Positions 30,844 to 41,284 of a stretch of 64,000 bases of DNA are shown here, piece after piece. Position 1 is the stretch's first letter, and every line of letters begins with the position of its first letter. The position numbers and the translations under genes are program-made. This DNA comes from an uncultured bacterium. GTDB taxonomy: Bacteria > Krumholzibacteriota > Krumholzibacteriia > LZORAL124-64-63. The stretch lies in the NCBI GenBank assembly GCA_963732385.1, contig CAVSZB010000003.1, positions 128,001 to 192,000 of the forward strand, written 5' to 3'. Under the pieces are notes generated by a model. The model made no database searches and had not been told where the DNA came from. It saw only the letters and a list, made by a program, of their open reading frames with translations.

Positions 30844-32283
30844 GTGGAGAACCTGCTGATCTGGGGCGTCGTTGCGGTCCTCTGCGCGGTCATTCTCATT
30901 CCGTACGCGGTCGGCTTCCGACGGCGCAACCGGACCGACACGGCGCGCCGCGAGGAGGCGGTTCAGCTTGGCGCCGACCGCCCGGTCGCCCAGTACCCGC
31001 TCATCGACGAGGGGCAGTGCATCGGCTGCGGCGCCTGCGTGGCGGCCTGTCCCGAGGGGGATGTGCTCGGCATCGTCGATGGACGGGCCGTCATCGTGAA
31101 CGGCATGCGCTGTATCGGACACGCGCGCTGCGCCGATGCCTGCCCGGTCGGCGCGCTCCAGGTCGGTCTCGGCGATGTCGGCGAGCGCGAGGACATTCCG
31201 CGGCTGACCGCGGACTGTGAGACCACCGTGCCCGGCGTGTATATCGCCGGCGAGCTGAGCGGTTTCGCCCTCATCCGCAACGCCATCAGCCAGGGGGAGC
31301 GGGTCGTGATGACGGTGGCGCGGCGGCTGCGGGCGGCCGGTCCCGCCGCCGTCGAGCCCCCCGCCCCGGGAGGCGTCGCCGACGGTGCGCGTCTGCGCGA
31401 TCTTATCATCGTGGGGGCCGGACCGGCCGGGATGAGCGCCGCCCTGACGGCGCGACGCGAGGGGCTGTCGTACCTCGTTCTGGAGCAGGAGCAGGCCGGC
31501 GGCACGATTCTGCAGTATCCGCGCAAGAAAGTGGTCCTCACCCAGCCGGTAGAGATCCCGCTCTACGGCCGTCTCGACCGCGAGGAGTACACCAAGGAGG
31601 AGCTGCTCGGCATCTGGCAGGAGGCACGCGAGCAGTTCGAACTGCACGTGCGCACCGGCGAGAAGCTCGAGATGATCACGCACCGCCCCGACGGTCTGCT
31701 GGCCGTCCGCACCCAGACCGGCGAATGGCTCGCGCGCGCCGTCATCCTGGCGCTCGGACGCCGCGGTACGCCGCGCCGGCTCGGCGCGCCCGGGGAGGAG
31801 CTGGAAAAGGTCGCCTACAAGCTGCTCGATGCCGAATCGTACCACGGTGAGAATCTGCTCGTGATCGGTGGCGGCGACAGCGCCGTGGAGGCCGCGCTCG
31901 GGCTGGCGCGCCAGCCGGGCAACACCGTCACCCTGGCGTACCGCAAGGAGAAGCTGTTCCGCATCAAGAAGCGCAACGCGGAGCGCTTTGCCGCCGCGCT
32001 GGTCGCGAACGAGGTGAAAACGCTGTTTTCCGCCGAGGTCACGGCGATCCTGCCCGACCGTGTGCGCCTGCGCCGGGGGGACGTCGAGATCGAACTGCCG
32101 AACGACTACGTTTTCATCTTCGCCGGAGGTGAGCCGCCCTATCCGCTGTTGCAGCGCATGGGCATCGCTTTCGGCGGCAAGGCGACCCGGCGCGCCGATG
32201 CGTTGCCCGCGTCGCCCGCGCCCTCCACGTCGCCCGCCCGCGCCGTCGCCTCCGATCTGCCCACCGCCGCCCACAGGCGTTGA
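30844..32283 (+). CDS. Membrane-anchored ferredoxin-flavoprotein (thioredoxin-reductase-like NAD(P)/FAD oxidoreductase)
   Basis: N-terminal TM helix; CIGCGACVAACP; CIGHARCADACP; GAGPAG; GGGDSAVE; GGGAGG RBS before GTG. Confidence 0.85.
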   Translation: MENLLIWGVVAVLCAVILIPYAVGFRRRNRTDTARREEAVQLGADRPVAQYPLIDEGQCIGCGACVAACPEGDVLGIVDGRAVIVNGMRCIGHARCADACPVGALQVGLGDVGEREDIPRLTADCETTVPGVYIAGELSGFALIRNAISQGERVVMTVARRLRAAGPAAVEPPAPGGVADGARLRDLIIVGAGPAGMSAALTARREGLSYLVLEQEQAGGTILQYPRKKVVLTQPVEIPLYGRLDREEYTKEELLGIWQEAREQFELHVRTGEKLEMITHRPDGLLAVRTQTGEWLARAVILALGRRGTPRRLGAPGEELEKVAYKLLDAESYHGENLLVIGGGDSAVEAALGLARQPGNTVTLAYRKEKLFRIKKRNAERFAAALVANEVKTLFSAEVTAILPDRVRLRRGDVEIELPNDYVFIFAGGEPPYPLLQRMGIAFGGKATRRADALPASPAPSTSPARAVASDLPTAAHRR

Positions 32284-32303
32284 TTTCCGGCGGTGTTCGG
32301 CTC

Positions 32304-33598
32304 ATGCTGAGCGGCATGCGCCGGTTCGGACATGCTGCGACTCCACCGTCACCCTGGCTCGTGCCGGCCCTGTTCGTGGCCGTCGGCGCGGCGCTGCAGG
32401 CGGTCCATCACGGTCCGCTTCTCCAGACCGTGGAAAACGACTTCGTCGGCCACGCCGCCCGCGCCGCAAGCTGGCGCGCGGTCTTCACCCTGCACGGTCT
32501 CTATCCGTTCGGCTATGCGTTCGTGTTGCGGCTCGGGACCCTGCTGCTGGCCGACCCGTTCGTCGCGGCCAGGATAATCGCCGTCGTCTCGGCCGGTCTG
32601 TCCCTGCGCGTGGCGCACGCGCTGGCCCGCGAACTGTTCGGGCCGGGCGCGGCGCTGGCCACGCAGGTATTTCTCGCCCTGAACTGGCACTTCCACGAGA
32701 CGGCCCTGCTCGTCGGCACGGATCAACTCGCCTCTCTGATCGCCTTGCTGGCCGTGCGGGCGCTGGTCGCGTCGCTGCGGGACGCGACGTTTTCCCGCGC
32801 GATCAGCGGGGGGGGTGGGCCGGTGCCGCCGCGCTCGTGCGCCAGACCGCGCTGGTCCTGCTGCCGGCCTTCGTGCTGGCGGCGCTCTGGATCGCGTTGC
32901 GCGGGCGCGACGGACGCCGTCGGTGGCTGCTCGCGGTCGTGACCGTGGGCGCCGGCCTGGCGGTCTACGCGCCGCAGATGGCGATCTCCTGGCGCGAGAC
33001 CGGCACGCCGTTCCACCATACCCAGGCCCGGAACGTCTGGTTCGGGCTGCACGGCGAAATGGACTGGAGCCGATCGCCGGGGGAGCGCGAGCTGTCGCTG
33101 ATCGGCATCGTGCGCGACGACCCGCGTCTCTTCTTCACGCACTGGGCGAACGAAACGGTCCTCGGCGGCATCCGTCTCGCGGCGATGACCGTCGGCCAGT
33201 TCCCCCCCTGGCTGGCGCGGCGGGTGGGCGGGATCGTTCCGGTCATCTGCGGCTGCCTGACCGGCCTTGCCGTGCTGGCGACGCTGGTCAGCCTGCGCCC
33301 GCTGCGACTGCGTCGGCTGGCGCGACAGATCGCGCTGCCGGGCGGCGTCGCGCTGTTTTTGATCCTGCTCGTAGGCGGCTGGACGGCCGCAGTGGGCCTC
33401 GCCTTTTCCACTTCGCGGTTCCTGCTCACTCCCTGGATCGTCTGCGCGATCGTCGCCGTGGCTCTTTTCCGGAGCGTCTGCCTGCCGGGCGACGGGGGAC
33501 TGGACCGGCGCGCCGCGCTGGCGCAGGGCGCCTGGCTGCTGACGCTGCTGGTCCACGCCGTCTGCGTGATCTGGTTGACGTTCCGGCTGGGCGCCTGA
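32304..33598 (+). pseudogene. GT-C/ArnT-like membrane glycosyltransferase split by a frameshift at a G8 tract (phase-variable, pseudogene or sequencing error)
   Basis: The N-half frame (ends 32942) and the C-half frame (ends 33598) join at the G8 run 32808-32815: ...RAISG / WAGAAALVRQT. Confidence 0.65.
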
Positions 33599-33668
33599 GA
33601 CGCCGAATCCGGACGCGTCGACCGGTCGCGGTTGATTTCTCCGGCCTTCCGGCCCATGCTGTGGCGCG

Positions 33669-34523
33669 ATGAGACCAGGCGAGGAGATCAAGCGGTTCGG
33701 CCTCTTTCTGCGGCGCCTCCAGCGCGAGATGGGGTACGACGACTGCATGGGGATGGCGGCGCAGATCGCCTTCTACATGCTGCTGTCCATCTTTCCCTTC
33801 CTTGTCTTCCTGCTGAGCCTCATCAGTTTCCTGCCCATCCCCGACCTGGATCGCCATGTCATGGGGGTGCTGAGCGAGTCGCTTCCCGTGGAGTCCTTCC
33901 AGCTGGTCGCCGACACGGTGCAGTCGCTGCTGACGACCCGCCGCGAGGAGTTGCTCGGCGTCGGCCTGCTGGTGGCGCTCTGGTCGGGATCGATGGGGAT
34001 CGGCGCCATCATCACCACGATCAATCGCGCCTACAACATCCGCCCGCGGCGTTCGCTCGTGGAGCAGAAGCTCCTCGCCATCGTGCTCACGATCGCACTG
34101 AGCGGCATCATGCTGCTGTCGACGGTGCTTGTGCTGGTCGGCCCCCACGCCACCCACGTCATCTTCCAGTTCCTGGGTCTGGCCGGCGACAGCTACAACG
34201 CCTGGACGCAGCTGCGCCTGGCTGTCGTGTTCGGACTGAACCTGCTCACGCTCGCCCTGCTCTACTATTTCGGACCGGAGGCGCGCCAGGAGTTCCGCTG
34301 GATCCTGCCCGGCGCGGTCACCTCGACCGTGCTGTGGCTCGGCGCCTCCTCGCTGTTCCGCCTGTTCGTGCGCAATTTCGGCTCCTACAACGCCACCTAC
34401 GGCTCACTGGCCGCGTTCGTCATCCTCATGGTGTGGCTCTGGATGAGCGGCCTGATCTTCCTGCTCGGCGCGGAGATCAACGCGGGGATGAAACGCATGG
34501 ACCTGCACGAAGAACGACCCTGA
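33669..34523 (+). CDS. YihY/BrkB family membrane protein
   Basis: AAQIAFYMLLSIFP, YNATYGSLAA, LLGAEIN. Confidence 0.92.
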   Translation: MRPGEEIKRFGLFLRRLQREMGYDDCMGMAAQIAFYMLLSIFPFLVFLLSLISFLPIPDLDRHVMGVLSESLPVESFQLVADTVQSLLTTRREELLGVGLLVALWSGSMGIGAIITTINRAYNIRPRRSLVEQKLLAIVLTIALSGIMLLSTVLVLVGPHATHVIFQFLGLAGDSYNAWTQLRLAVVFGLNLLTLALLYYFGPEARQEFRWILPGAVTSTVLWLGASSLFRLFVRNFGSYNATYGSLAAFVILMVWLWMSGLIFLLGAEINAGMKRMDLHEERP

Positions 34524-34549
34524 CGGATGCGCCACCACGGGAGGTCTGC

Positions 34550-34900
34550 ATGCCGGGCCCCGACTGGATCCGTGAGTTTCCCGCCGCCGTCACCGTTTGC
34601 GACGCGGCGGGCATCATCCTCGACCTGAATGAGCGCGCGGTGGAGACGTTCGCACGGGACGGCGGCGCCGCCCTGATCGGGCGCAACGTGCTCGACTGCC
34701 ATCCCGAGCCGTCGCGTTCGCAGCTTGAGCAGATGCTGGCCGAACGGACGCGCCACGTGTACACGATCGAGAAGGACGGGGTGCGCAAGCTGATCTACCA
34801 GGCTCCGTGGTTCGTGGCTGGCGAGTACTGCGGTTTCGTGGAGCTTGCCCTGCCGTTGCCCGATTCGCTGCCCCATTTCGTGCGGGAGGCGCAACCATGA
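34550..34900 (+). CDS. Small stand-alone PAS domain protein
   Basis: VTVCDAAGIILDLN, IGRNVLDCHP, YTIEKDG. Confidence 0.75.
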   Translation: MPGPDWIREFPAAVTVCDAAGIILDLNERAVETFARDGGAALIGRNVLDCHPEPSRSQLEQMLAERTRHVYTIEKDGVRKLIYQAPWFVAGEYCGFVELALPLPDSLPHFVREAQP

Positions 34901-35310
34901 CCACTGCCAGAGCCAGCTGGGCCGGCGGCCTGCGCTTCGTCGGCGAAGCCGATTCGGGCCACCTCGTCATGATGGACGCCCCCGGTCCGGACGGCGACGA
35001 TCCGCAGGCGCCCACGCCGGTGGAGCACTGCCTGATCGCGTTGTGCGCCTGCAGTGGCATCGACGTGGCGAGCATCCTGCACAAGATGAAGACGCCGTTC
35101 CGTTCACTCGAGGTCTCCGCCGAAGCGGAGCGCGCGCCGGGCCACCCGCGCGTGTTCACGAGGATCCGCTTGAAATACCGCGTGGGCGGTGATGTGCCGG
35201 AGGAGAAGGTGCGCCGGGCCGTGGACCTGTCCGAGGAGACCTACTGTTCGGTCGGCGCGATGCTGCGCGCGACGGCGGAGGTCACGCACGAGATCGAGAT
35301 CGTGCCGTGA
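34897..35310 (+). CDS. OsmC/YhfA family protein
   Basis: PTPVE, ACSGIDV, PRVFT, YCSV. Confidence 0.88.
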   Translation: MTTARASWAGGLRFVGEADSGHLVMMDAPGPDGDDPQAPTPVEHCLIALCACSGIDVASILHKMKTPFRSLEVSAEAERAPGHPRVFTRIRLKYRVGGDVPEEKVRRAVDLSEETYCSVGAMLRATAEVTHEIEIVP

Positions 35311-35478
35311 CGACCGGTCCCGACCCGATTGCGCCGGCGCGCCCACATGTAGTATATTCACCCGATACTGCAAGACTTTCAGATCGAAACAGCGGATCGG
35401 CCGGCCTGCTTTCCCCGCCAGCGCGCCAGCGTCGTTTCTTCACCGCAAACGGCTTCATCCGCGGCCAGGGAGAAACTC

Positions 35479-38400
35479 ATGCTCCGTCGTCACGTGCTGT
35501 TTTCCTGCCTGATTCCGGCCCTTGCGGCGCTGGCTGCGGGGGCCGGTCTCGTGGGCGCCGCCACGATCGATCCCGGCCTGCAGGCTGAACTGGGCGCCAA
35601 GGGCGCCGGCGCCGCGGTCGACGTGCTGATGCTGTTCGACGATACGTTCGATTACCCTGCCCTGGACCGTGGTCTCGATGGAGCTGCGCCGGAGGTGCGG
35701 CGGGCGGCGGTGGTCGCGGCGCTGAAGGAACGCGCGGAGACGGATCAGGCGGAGGCGCGCCACGCGCTCGAGGTCGCCGTGCGCGCCGGTCGCGCCACGA
35801 ACGTGCGCGTGCTCTGGCTTGCCGACGCGCTGGCCTTTCGCGGCGATGCGGCGACAGTGCAGACCCTCGCCGCCACGAAGAGTACCGCCACGCTGATCCA
35901 CGACAAGCCGTACGACATGGCGGGCGGCGTGACCGCGGCTCCGCGCGCCGCAGACCAGCCCCGACCCGCCGCGGCAAGGTTGATGACCTCCGCGAACGAC
36001 ACGGCGTGGAGCGTGAAATGGGTGAAGGCGAACCGCGTATGGCTCGACACCGGCTGCAACGGCTACGGGATCGTGGTGGCGCACTTCGACACCGGCGTGT
36101 GGCTGATGCATCCCGACCTCGCCAGCCGGCTCTGGGTGAATTCGGGCGAAATCGCCGGCAACGGTCTTGACGACGATGGCAACGGCTACGTGGACGACGT
36201 CAACGGCTACGATTTCGCCGACTTCGACGGTGATCCGAATGATGACGTGACCGGCGTCGCCGCCGGCCACGGCACGCACACCGCCGGCACCTTGGCCGGC
36301 GACGGCACGAACGGTACGATTACCGGCGTCGCCCCGGGCGCGCGGGTGATGGTCTGCAAGGTCTTCTATTCGGATGGTTCGGGCGCGCCGTTCAGCGTCA
36401 TCTACGAGGGGCAGCAGTACGCCATCCTGGAGGGGGCCCGGGTCTTCACCATGTCGCTCGGCATCGGCGGCTATCTGCCGGTGTCGCTCCACAAGACCGA
36501 GCGGCAGAACGCCGAGGGCATCCGCACGGCCGGCGTGGCGTTCTTCAACGCGTCCGGCAATGACCACGGCTTCTACAGCCCTCCCGACGAACTTGGCGTG
36601 ACGGCCCGCGTGCCGGCCCCTTGGCACGCCGCCGGCACCGCCTGGAGCTCGCGCGGTGGGGTGATCTCCGTCGGCGGCACTGGCTACCTGAACGACACGA
36701 TCTACGCCGTATCATCGTGGGGCCCGGCTTACTGGGGCGATGTGTCGCCATGGAACGACTGGCCTTCCCCGACCGGCATCATCAAGCCGGACATCTGCGC
36801 GCCGGCCGTCAATGTCAATTCGCTTCTGAAGCCGGACGGCTACTCCGGCGACACCTGGAGCGGGACCTCGATGGCCACCCCGCACGCCGCGGGCGTGGCG
36901 GCGCTCATGCTGTCGAGGAACCCATCGTTGTCTCCAGCCGGCATCGACTCGATCATCGAGCAGACCGCCACACCGCTCGGCGCGGCAGGCAAGGACAACA
37001 CCTACGGCGCGGGCGCCATCAACGCGCTGGCGGCGGTCAACGCGGTGCCGGCGGCGCTGCATCCGTACCTGGTGCGATCCACGCTCACGATCGATGACGC
37101 CGACGCTGACGGCGCGATCGATCCGGGCGAGAGCTTCAACCTGCTCATCACTCTTCGGAACAACAGTTCGCTGGTGAACGCCACCGGCGTCACGGCGGGT
37201 CTGGTCGTGGCGGCGAACCCGTACGTCACCGTCAGTGACGGTTACGCGGTCTACCCGGATCTCGCCACGGGCACAGAATCGGCCGCGAACGCGGGTGATC
37301 TGTTCGCCCTCACGGTTGGCGCCGCCGCCCCGCAGGGCTACGTCTTCACCTGCCGGCTGACCATGTTCGCGGCGGACGGCTATCAGGTGACCGAGGATTT
37401 CAAGCTGCCGGTCGGTCTGCCCGAGTACCGCGATCACGATGCCGGCCGGGTCTACCTGACCGTCACCGATCAGGGCACGCTCGGCTTCATGAACGATACC
37501 CTCAGCCTCGGCAACGGGTTCGGCCGCGTCAATGAAGGCAGCGTGCTTTACCTCGGCTCATTCTGGGGAGGCACCGGCGAGAACTACATCTGTAACCACG
37601 ATTACAGCGGGACCGCCGTCGGCACTACGGTCGAGACCTACGAGTGGGTTGCCTCCTCCACGCCCCTCGGGCGGGTGGCCGCAGTCAACACCGGCGTGGC
37701 GCCGCAGGAATACCAGGCCATCTTCAACGATTCCGGCCATGCCGCGCCGCGGGATCTCCTGGTAACCCAAAACAGCTACGCCTGGACGGATGCGGCCAGC
37801 GAGGACTTCGTCGTTCTCAGGTACACGATACGCAACACCGGCGTGGCCGCGGTGACCGATTACCACGCCGGCGTGTTCTGCGACTGGGACCTTGGCAATT
37901 CCGGCCAGAACTACGGCGATTCCGATATCGCGCGCCACCTGACCTACATGTATGAGAACGCGGCCGGGCCCTGCGTCGGCATCGCGCTGCTTTACCCCGA
38001 TGCGCACCGCAACCTGACGCTGATCGATAATGCCACCTACGTCTATCCGGAGGGGTCGATCGACGATGGCGTGAAGGCGCGCCACCTCAGGGGCACCATG
38101 TCGCTGCCGACCGCCACCACCGCGGCGGACTACTCCGCTCTCACCTCCGCCGGACCGTTCGCGATCGATCCGGGTGCGGAAATTTCTGTGGCCTTCGCGC
38201 TGATCTACGGGGACAACCTCGCCGACCTGCGGGCCAACGCGGACGTCGCGCAACTCATGTACCGCGACCCGTTGGAAGAGGAAACGCCGGTTCGGTGCCT
38301 CGACCAGAACCGCCCGAATCCCTTCAACCCGTTTACGCTGATCAACTACTCGATCGAGCGCGAGGGCCCGGTCACGTTGACTGTGTTCGACCCCGGCGGT

Positions 38401-38565
38401 CGCAAACTGCGCACGTTCGAGCAGGGCGTGCAGGCGCCCGGCCGCCACGCGGTGGTCTGGGACGGTACGGACGAGCGCGGCGCCCGCCAGTCCTCCGGCA
38501 TGTATCTGTACCGGCTGCAGGCCGATGGCCGCTCGCTCACGCGCAAGATGATGCTGGTGAAATGA
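35479..38565 (+). CDS. Secreted S8 subtilisin-like protease with FlgD-Ig/T9SS-like CTD
   Basis: DTG, HGTHTAG, SGTSMATPH triad motifs; PNPFNP...KMMLVK. Confidence 0.93.
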   Translation: MLRRHVLFSCLIPALAALAAGAGLVGAATIDPGLQAELGAKGAGAAVDVLMLFDDTFDYPALDRGLDGAAPEVRRAAVVAALKERAETDQAEARHALEVAVRAGRATNVRVLWLADALAFRGDAATVQTLAATKSTATLIHDKPYDMAGGVTAAPRAADQPRPAAARLMTSANDTAWSVKWVKANRVWLDTGCNGYGIVVAHFDTGVWLMHPDLASRLWVNSGEIAGNGLDDDGNGYVDDVNGYDFADFDGDPNDDVTGVAAGHGTHTAGTLAGDGTNGTITGVAPGARVMVCKVFYSDGSGAPFSVIYEGQQYAILEGARVFTMSLGIGGYLPVSLHKTERQNAEGIRTAGVAFFNASGNDHGFYSPPDELGVTARVPAPWHAAGTAWSSRGGVISVGGTGYLNDTIYAVSSWGPAYWGDVSPWNDWPSPTGIIKPDICAPAVNVNSLLKPDGYSGDTWSGTSMATPHAAGVAALMLSRNPSLSPAGIDSIIEQTATPLGAAGKDNTYGAGAINALAAVNAVPAALHPYLVRSTLTIDDADADGAIDPGESFNLLITLRNNSSLVNATGVTAGLVVAANPYVTVSDGYAVYPDLATGTESAANAGDLFALTVGAAAPQGYVFTCRLTMFAADGYQVTEDFKLPVGLPEYRDHDAGRVYLTVTDQGTLGFMNDTLSLGNGFGRVNEGSVLYLGSFWGGTGENYICNHDYSGTAVGTTVETYEWVASSTPLGRVAAVNTGVAPQEYQAIFNDSGHAAPRDLLVTQNSYAWTDAASEDFVVLRYTIRNTGVAAVTDYHAGVFCDWDLGNSGQNYGDSDIARHLTYMYENAAGPCVGIALLYPDAHRNLTLIDNATYVYPEGSIDDGVKARHLRGTMSLPTATTAADYSALTSAGPFAIDPGAEISVAFALIYGDNLADLRANADVAQLMYRDPLEEETPVRCLDQNRPNPFNPFTLINYSIEREGPVTLTVFDPGGRKLRTFEQGVQAPGRHAVVWDGTDERGARQSSGMYLYRLQADGRSLTRKMMLVK

Positions 38566-38643
38566 CATTTCAGGGACGGAGGAGCAGGCCGCGCCCTGCC
38601 CGCATTTCCGGTTGATCGGACCCTTTTCCTGGAGCGTTCGCAC

Positions 38644-41064
38644 ATGAAGCACACTTCGCCGTATTTCGCCGCCGCCCCCCGCGCCGTCGCCCGGATCGTC
38701 GGCCTGCTGTTGGCGCTGACCGCCGTCGCCGTGCCTGGCGTCTCCGCGGAAAGGCCAGGCGGGCCGGACTTCATGCCGGCTCATCCAGAGTTGCTCGCGC
38801 GCGTTGGCAAGGCCGGCCTGGTCCGCCTGACCGGCGAGCAGACGCCGGTGGAGATGTACACCGAGTCGCGCGACGCTCGCGCCAAGGCGGGCGCCGACAA
38901 GATCTCCGGCAGCGGCACCTGCCTGGTCATCCTGTGGCAGTTCACGGATCATCCTGCCGATGTGACGGCGCACCCGGCGTCCGCGTACCAGAACCTGCTG
39001 TTCTCGACCGGGACCTGGCCGACGGGGAGCATGAACGACTACTTCCGTGAGGTCAGCTACGGCGCGTTCGGCGTGTCGGGCGCGCCGATCGGCTGGACGA
39101 CCTCCAGCACCACCTACGCGAGCTACACGCCCTACGATTTCACCACGACGCGCACCATGATCCAGAACGCGGTCGCCCAGCTCGATCCCACCGTGAACTT
39201 CGCCCTCTACGACAACGACGGTCCCGACGGCGTGCCGCACTCGGCCGACGATGACGGCTACGTGGACGCGCTCTTCTTCGTCCACGCCGGCCCCGGTCAG
39301 GAGGAGACCGGCAACCCTGTCGACATCTGGTCGCATGCCTGGTCGTTCACGGGCGGTCTGGCCACCGGCGACGGGGTGCGCATCGGGCGCTACTCGGTTG
39401 AGCCGGAGGAGACCGCCAGCGGCCTCCTCGAATCGATCGGCGTCTTCTGCCACGAGTACGGGCACGTGCTCGGTCTGCCCGACCTCTACGACACCGACTA
39501 CAGTTCGGAGGGCGTGGGGGATTGGTGCCTGATGAGCGGCGGTTCCTGGAACGCGCGTCCCGGCGGACAGTGGGGCTCCTGTCCCGCCCACCCGCTGGCG
39601 TGGTGCAAGCAGCAGCTAGGCTGGCTCTCGCCGACGGTCGTTACCACGACGACCGTCGGTGTTACGCTTCCGCCGGCGGAAACGAGTCCGTCGGCGCGCC
39701 GCATCTTCCGCGGTGGCGTCACCACCGGCGACGAATATTTTCTGGTCGAGAATCGGCGCCAACTCGGCTTCGATGCCGGCCTGACCCGGCGCCAGGTGCG
39801 GTTCGGCCTGCCCGCGCCCGAGGGGCTGCTCGTTCTGCACGTTGACGAGTCGTGCATCAGCAACGCCGGCGACACGCACCGCCTCGTCGACGTCGTGGAG
39901 GCCACTCCCTGGTTCACGCTCGCGGGCGCCCCGTTCGAGCATCTCGACGGCGCGGCCGGCTGGGACGAGCCGCGCTGGCTCGACAACGCCAACCGCGGCG
40001 ACAACGGCGATCTCTGGCCCGGCTTCGCGTCCGCCAGCGCCGACACGACCGACTGGCTCGCGCCGCGCAGCCGCGACCGCTTCGCCGCCGACACCGTGCC
40101 GTCCGCCATCGACTACTTCTGCGAGCCGACCGGCATCGCGCTCACCAATATCACGCTCGCCGCCCCCAACGTGCAGGTCGACTTCGAGATCGGGACCGCG
40201 CTCGCCGCCGTGGCCCTGTCATCGGTGGCCGATCTGACCTGGAACTTCGAGAACGGTCCCGAGGACTGGCAGTTCTGCAACAGCTTCGTTCACGTCGATG
40301 AGACGCAGGCGATCGGCTGTGACGGCGCCGCCGGCCTGTGGTTCGGCGTCAACGATCCCAGCTTCGTCTGCCCGCCCGGCTACGGCAACGGCTGGAACGA
40401 CTTCGCCTGGCACACGATCGTCGTGCAGGCCGGCGCCTCCGTGACTCTGCGCCACAAGTTCGACCTGGAGTGGGCCTACGACTACGGCTGGGTAGAGGTG
40501 CGCTGCGCCGGCGATTCAGGAGCGCCTTGGCATGTGGTGGCCACGTTCACCGGCGACAGCGGCGGCTGCGCCCTGGAGTCGTTCGCGATCCCGGTCGCCG
40601 CCATCACCGAATGCGCCGACCCGGAAACCGGTTACGCCAAACTGGACCTGCGCCTGCGCCTGACCAGTGACTCGGGCTGGTCGGCCGAGGACGGGGATTA
40701 CTGCGGCTTCGGCTGGTGGATCGACGAGTTGACGGTCGGCAACGCCATCACAGCCGCCGGGGACGTCCCCGCCGCCGCCGCCTTGACGACCGTGCTTCTG
40801 CCCGCCAGTCCGAATCCGTTCAATCCGCTCACCACGGTCCGTTTCCATATCCCGTCCGGCGCCCGCGACATCCTGCTGACCGTTCATGATCAGCGCGGTC
40901 GCCTCGTGCGCATTCTCGCCGACGGTCCCCTCGCCTCCGGCTGGCTCGAATGCACCTGGGACGGCCGCGGCGCCTCCGGCCAGGCGATGGCCAGCGGCGT
41001 CTATTTCGCGCGCCTGACCGTGGACGGCGAGGTGAAGATCCAGAAGTTGGCGCTGGTGAAATGA
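38644..41064 (+). CDS. Secreted M6 (immune inhibitor A) metalloprotease with FlgD-Ig/T9SS-like CTD
   Basis: HEYGHVLGLPDLYD, CLMSGGSW, EYFLVENR; PNPFNP...KLALVK. Confidence 0.92.
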   Translation: MKHTSPYFAAAPRAVARIVGLLLALTAVAVPGVSAERPGGPDFMPAHPELLARVGKAGLVRLTGEQTPVEMYTESRDARAKAGADKISGSGTCLVILWQFTDHPADVTAHPASAYQNLLFSTGTWPTGSMNDYFREVSYGAFGVSGAPIGWTTSSTTYASYTPYDFTTTRTMIQNAVAQLDPTVNFALYDNDGPDGVPHSADDDGYVDALFFVHAGPGQEETGNPVDIWSHAWSFTGGLATGDGVRIGRYSVEPEETASGLLESIGVFCHEYGHVLGLPDLYDTDYSSEGVGDWCLMSGGSWNARPGGQWGSCPAHPLAWCKQQLGWLSPTVVTTTTVGVTLPPAETSPSARRIFRGGVTTGDEYFLVENRRQLGFDAGLTRRQVRFGLPAPEGLLVLHVDESCISNAGDTHRLVDVVEATPWFTLAGAPFEHLDGAAGWDEPRWLDNANRGDNGDLWPGFASASADTTDWLAPRSRDRFAADTVPSAIDYFCEPTGIALTNITLAAPNVQVDFEIGTALAAVALSSVADLTWNFENGPEDWQFCNSFVHVDETQAIGCDGAAGLWFGVNDPSFVCPPGYGNGWNDFAWHTIVVQAGASVTLRHKFDLEWAYDYGWVEVRCAGDSGAPWHVVATFTGDSGGCALESFAIPVAAITECADPETGYAKLDLRLRLTSDSGWSAEDGDYCGFGWWIDELTVGNAITAAGDVPAAAALTTVLLPASPNPFNPLTTVRFHIPSGARDILLTVHDQRGRLVRILADGPLASGWLECTWDGRGASGQAMASGVYFARLTVDGEVKIQKLALVK

Positions 41065-41105
41065 TATGGAACGACCGCAGTAGGGACGGTGTTGGCCCTC
41101 TCGGC

Positions 41106-41136
41106 GGCCCTCGGGACGCTGGTCCCGGGGGCCTTT
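41106..41136 (+). terminator. Probable intrinsic terminator
   Basis: GGCCCTCGGGAC-GCTG-GTCCCGGGGGCC followed by TTT, after the M6 gene. Confidence 0.55.
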
Positions 41137-41284
41137 CCATGCGGGCCAGATATCCTACAAAATTCGTTGGACATTAGCGGTCGCTCTTCACTTATTTGGC
41201 AGTGCCCGCACGTGGCGGTACAATGCAGTGTGCCGCGGCCCGCCCCGGGCGGTCGGCCCTCCTTTCACTCCGGCAGGTGACGCC

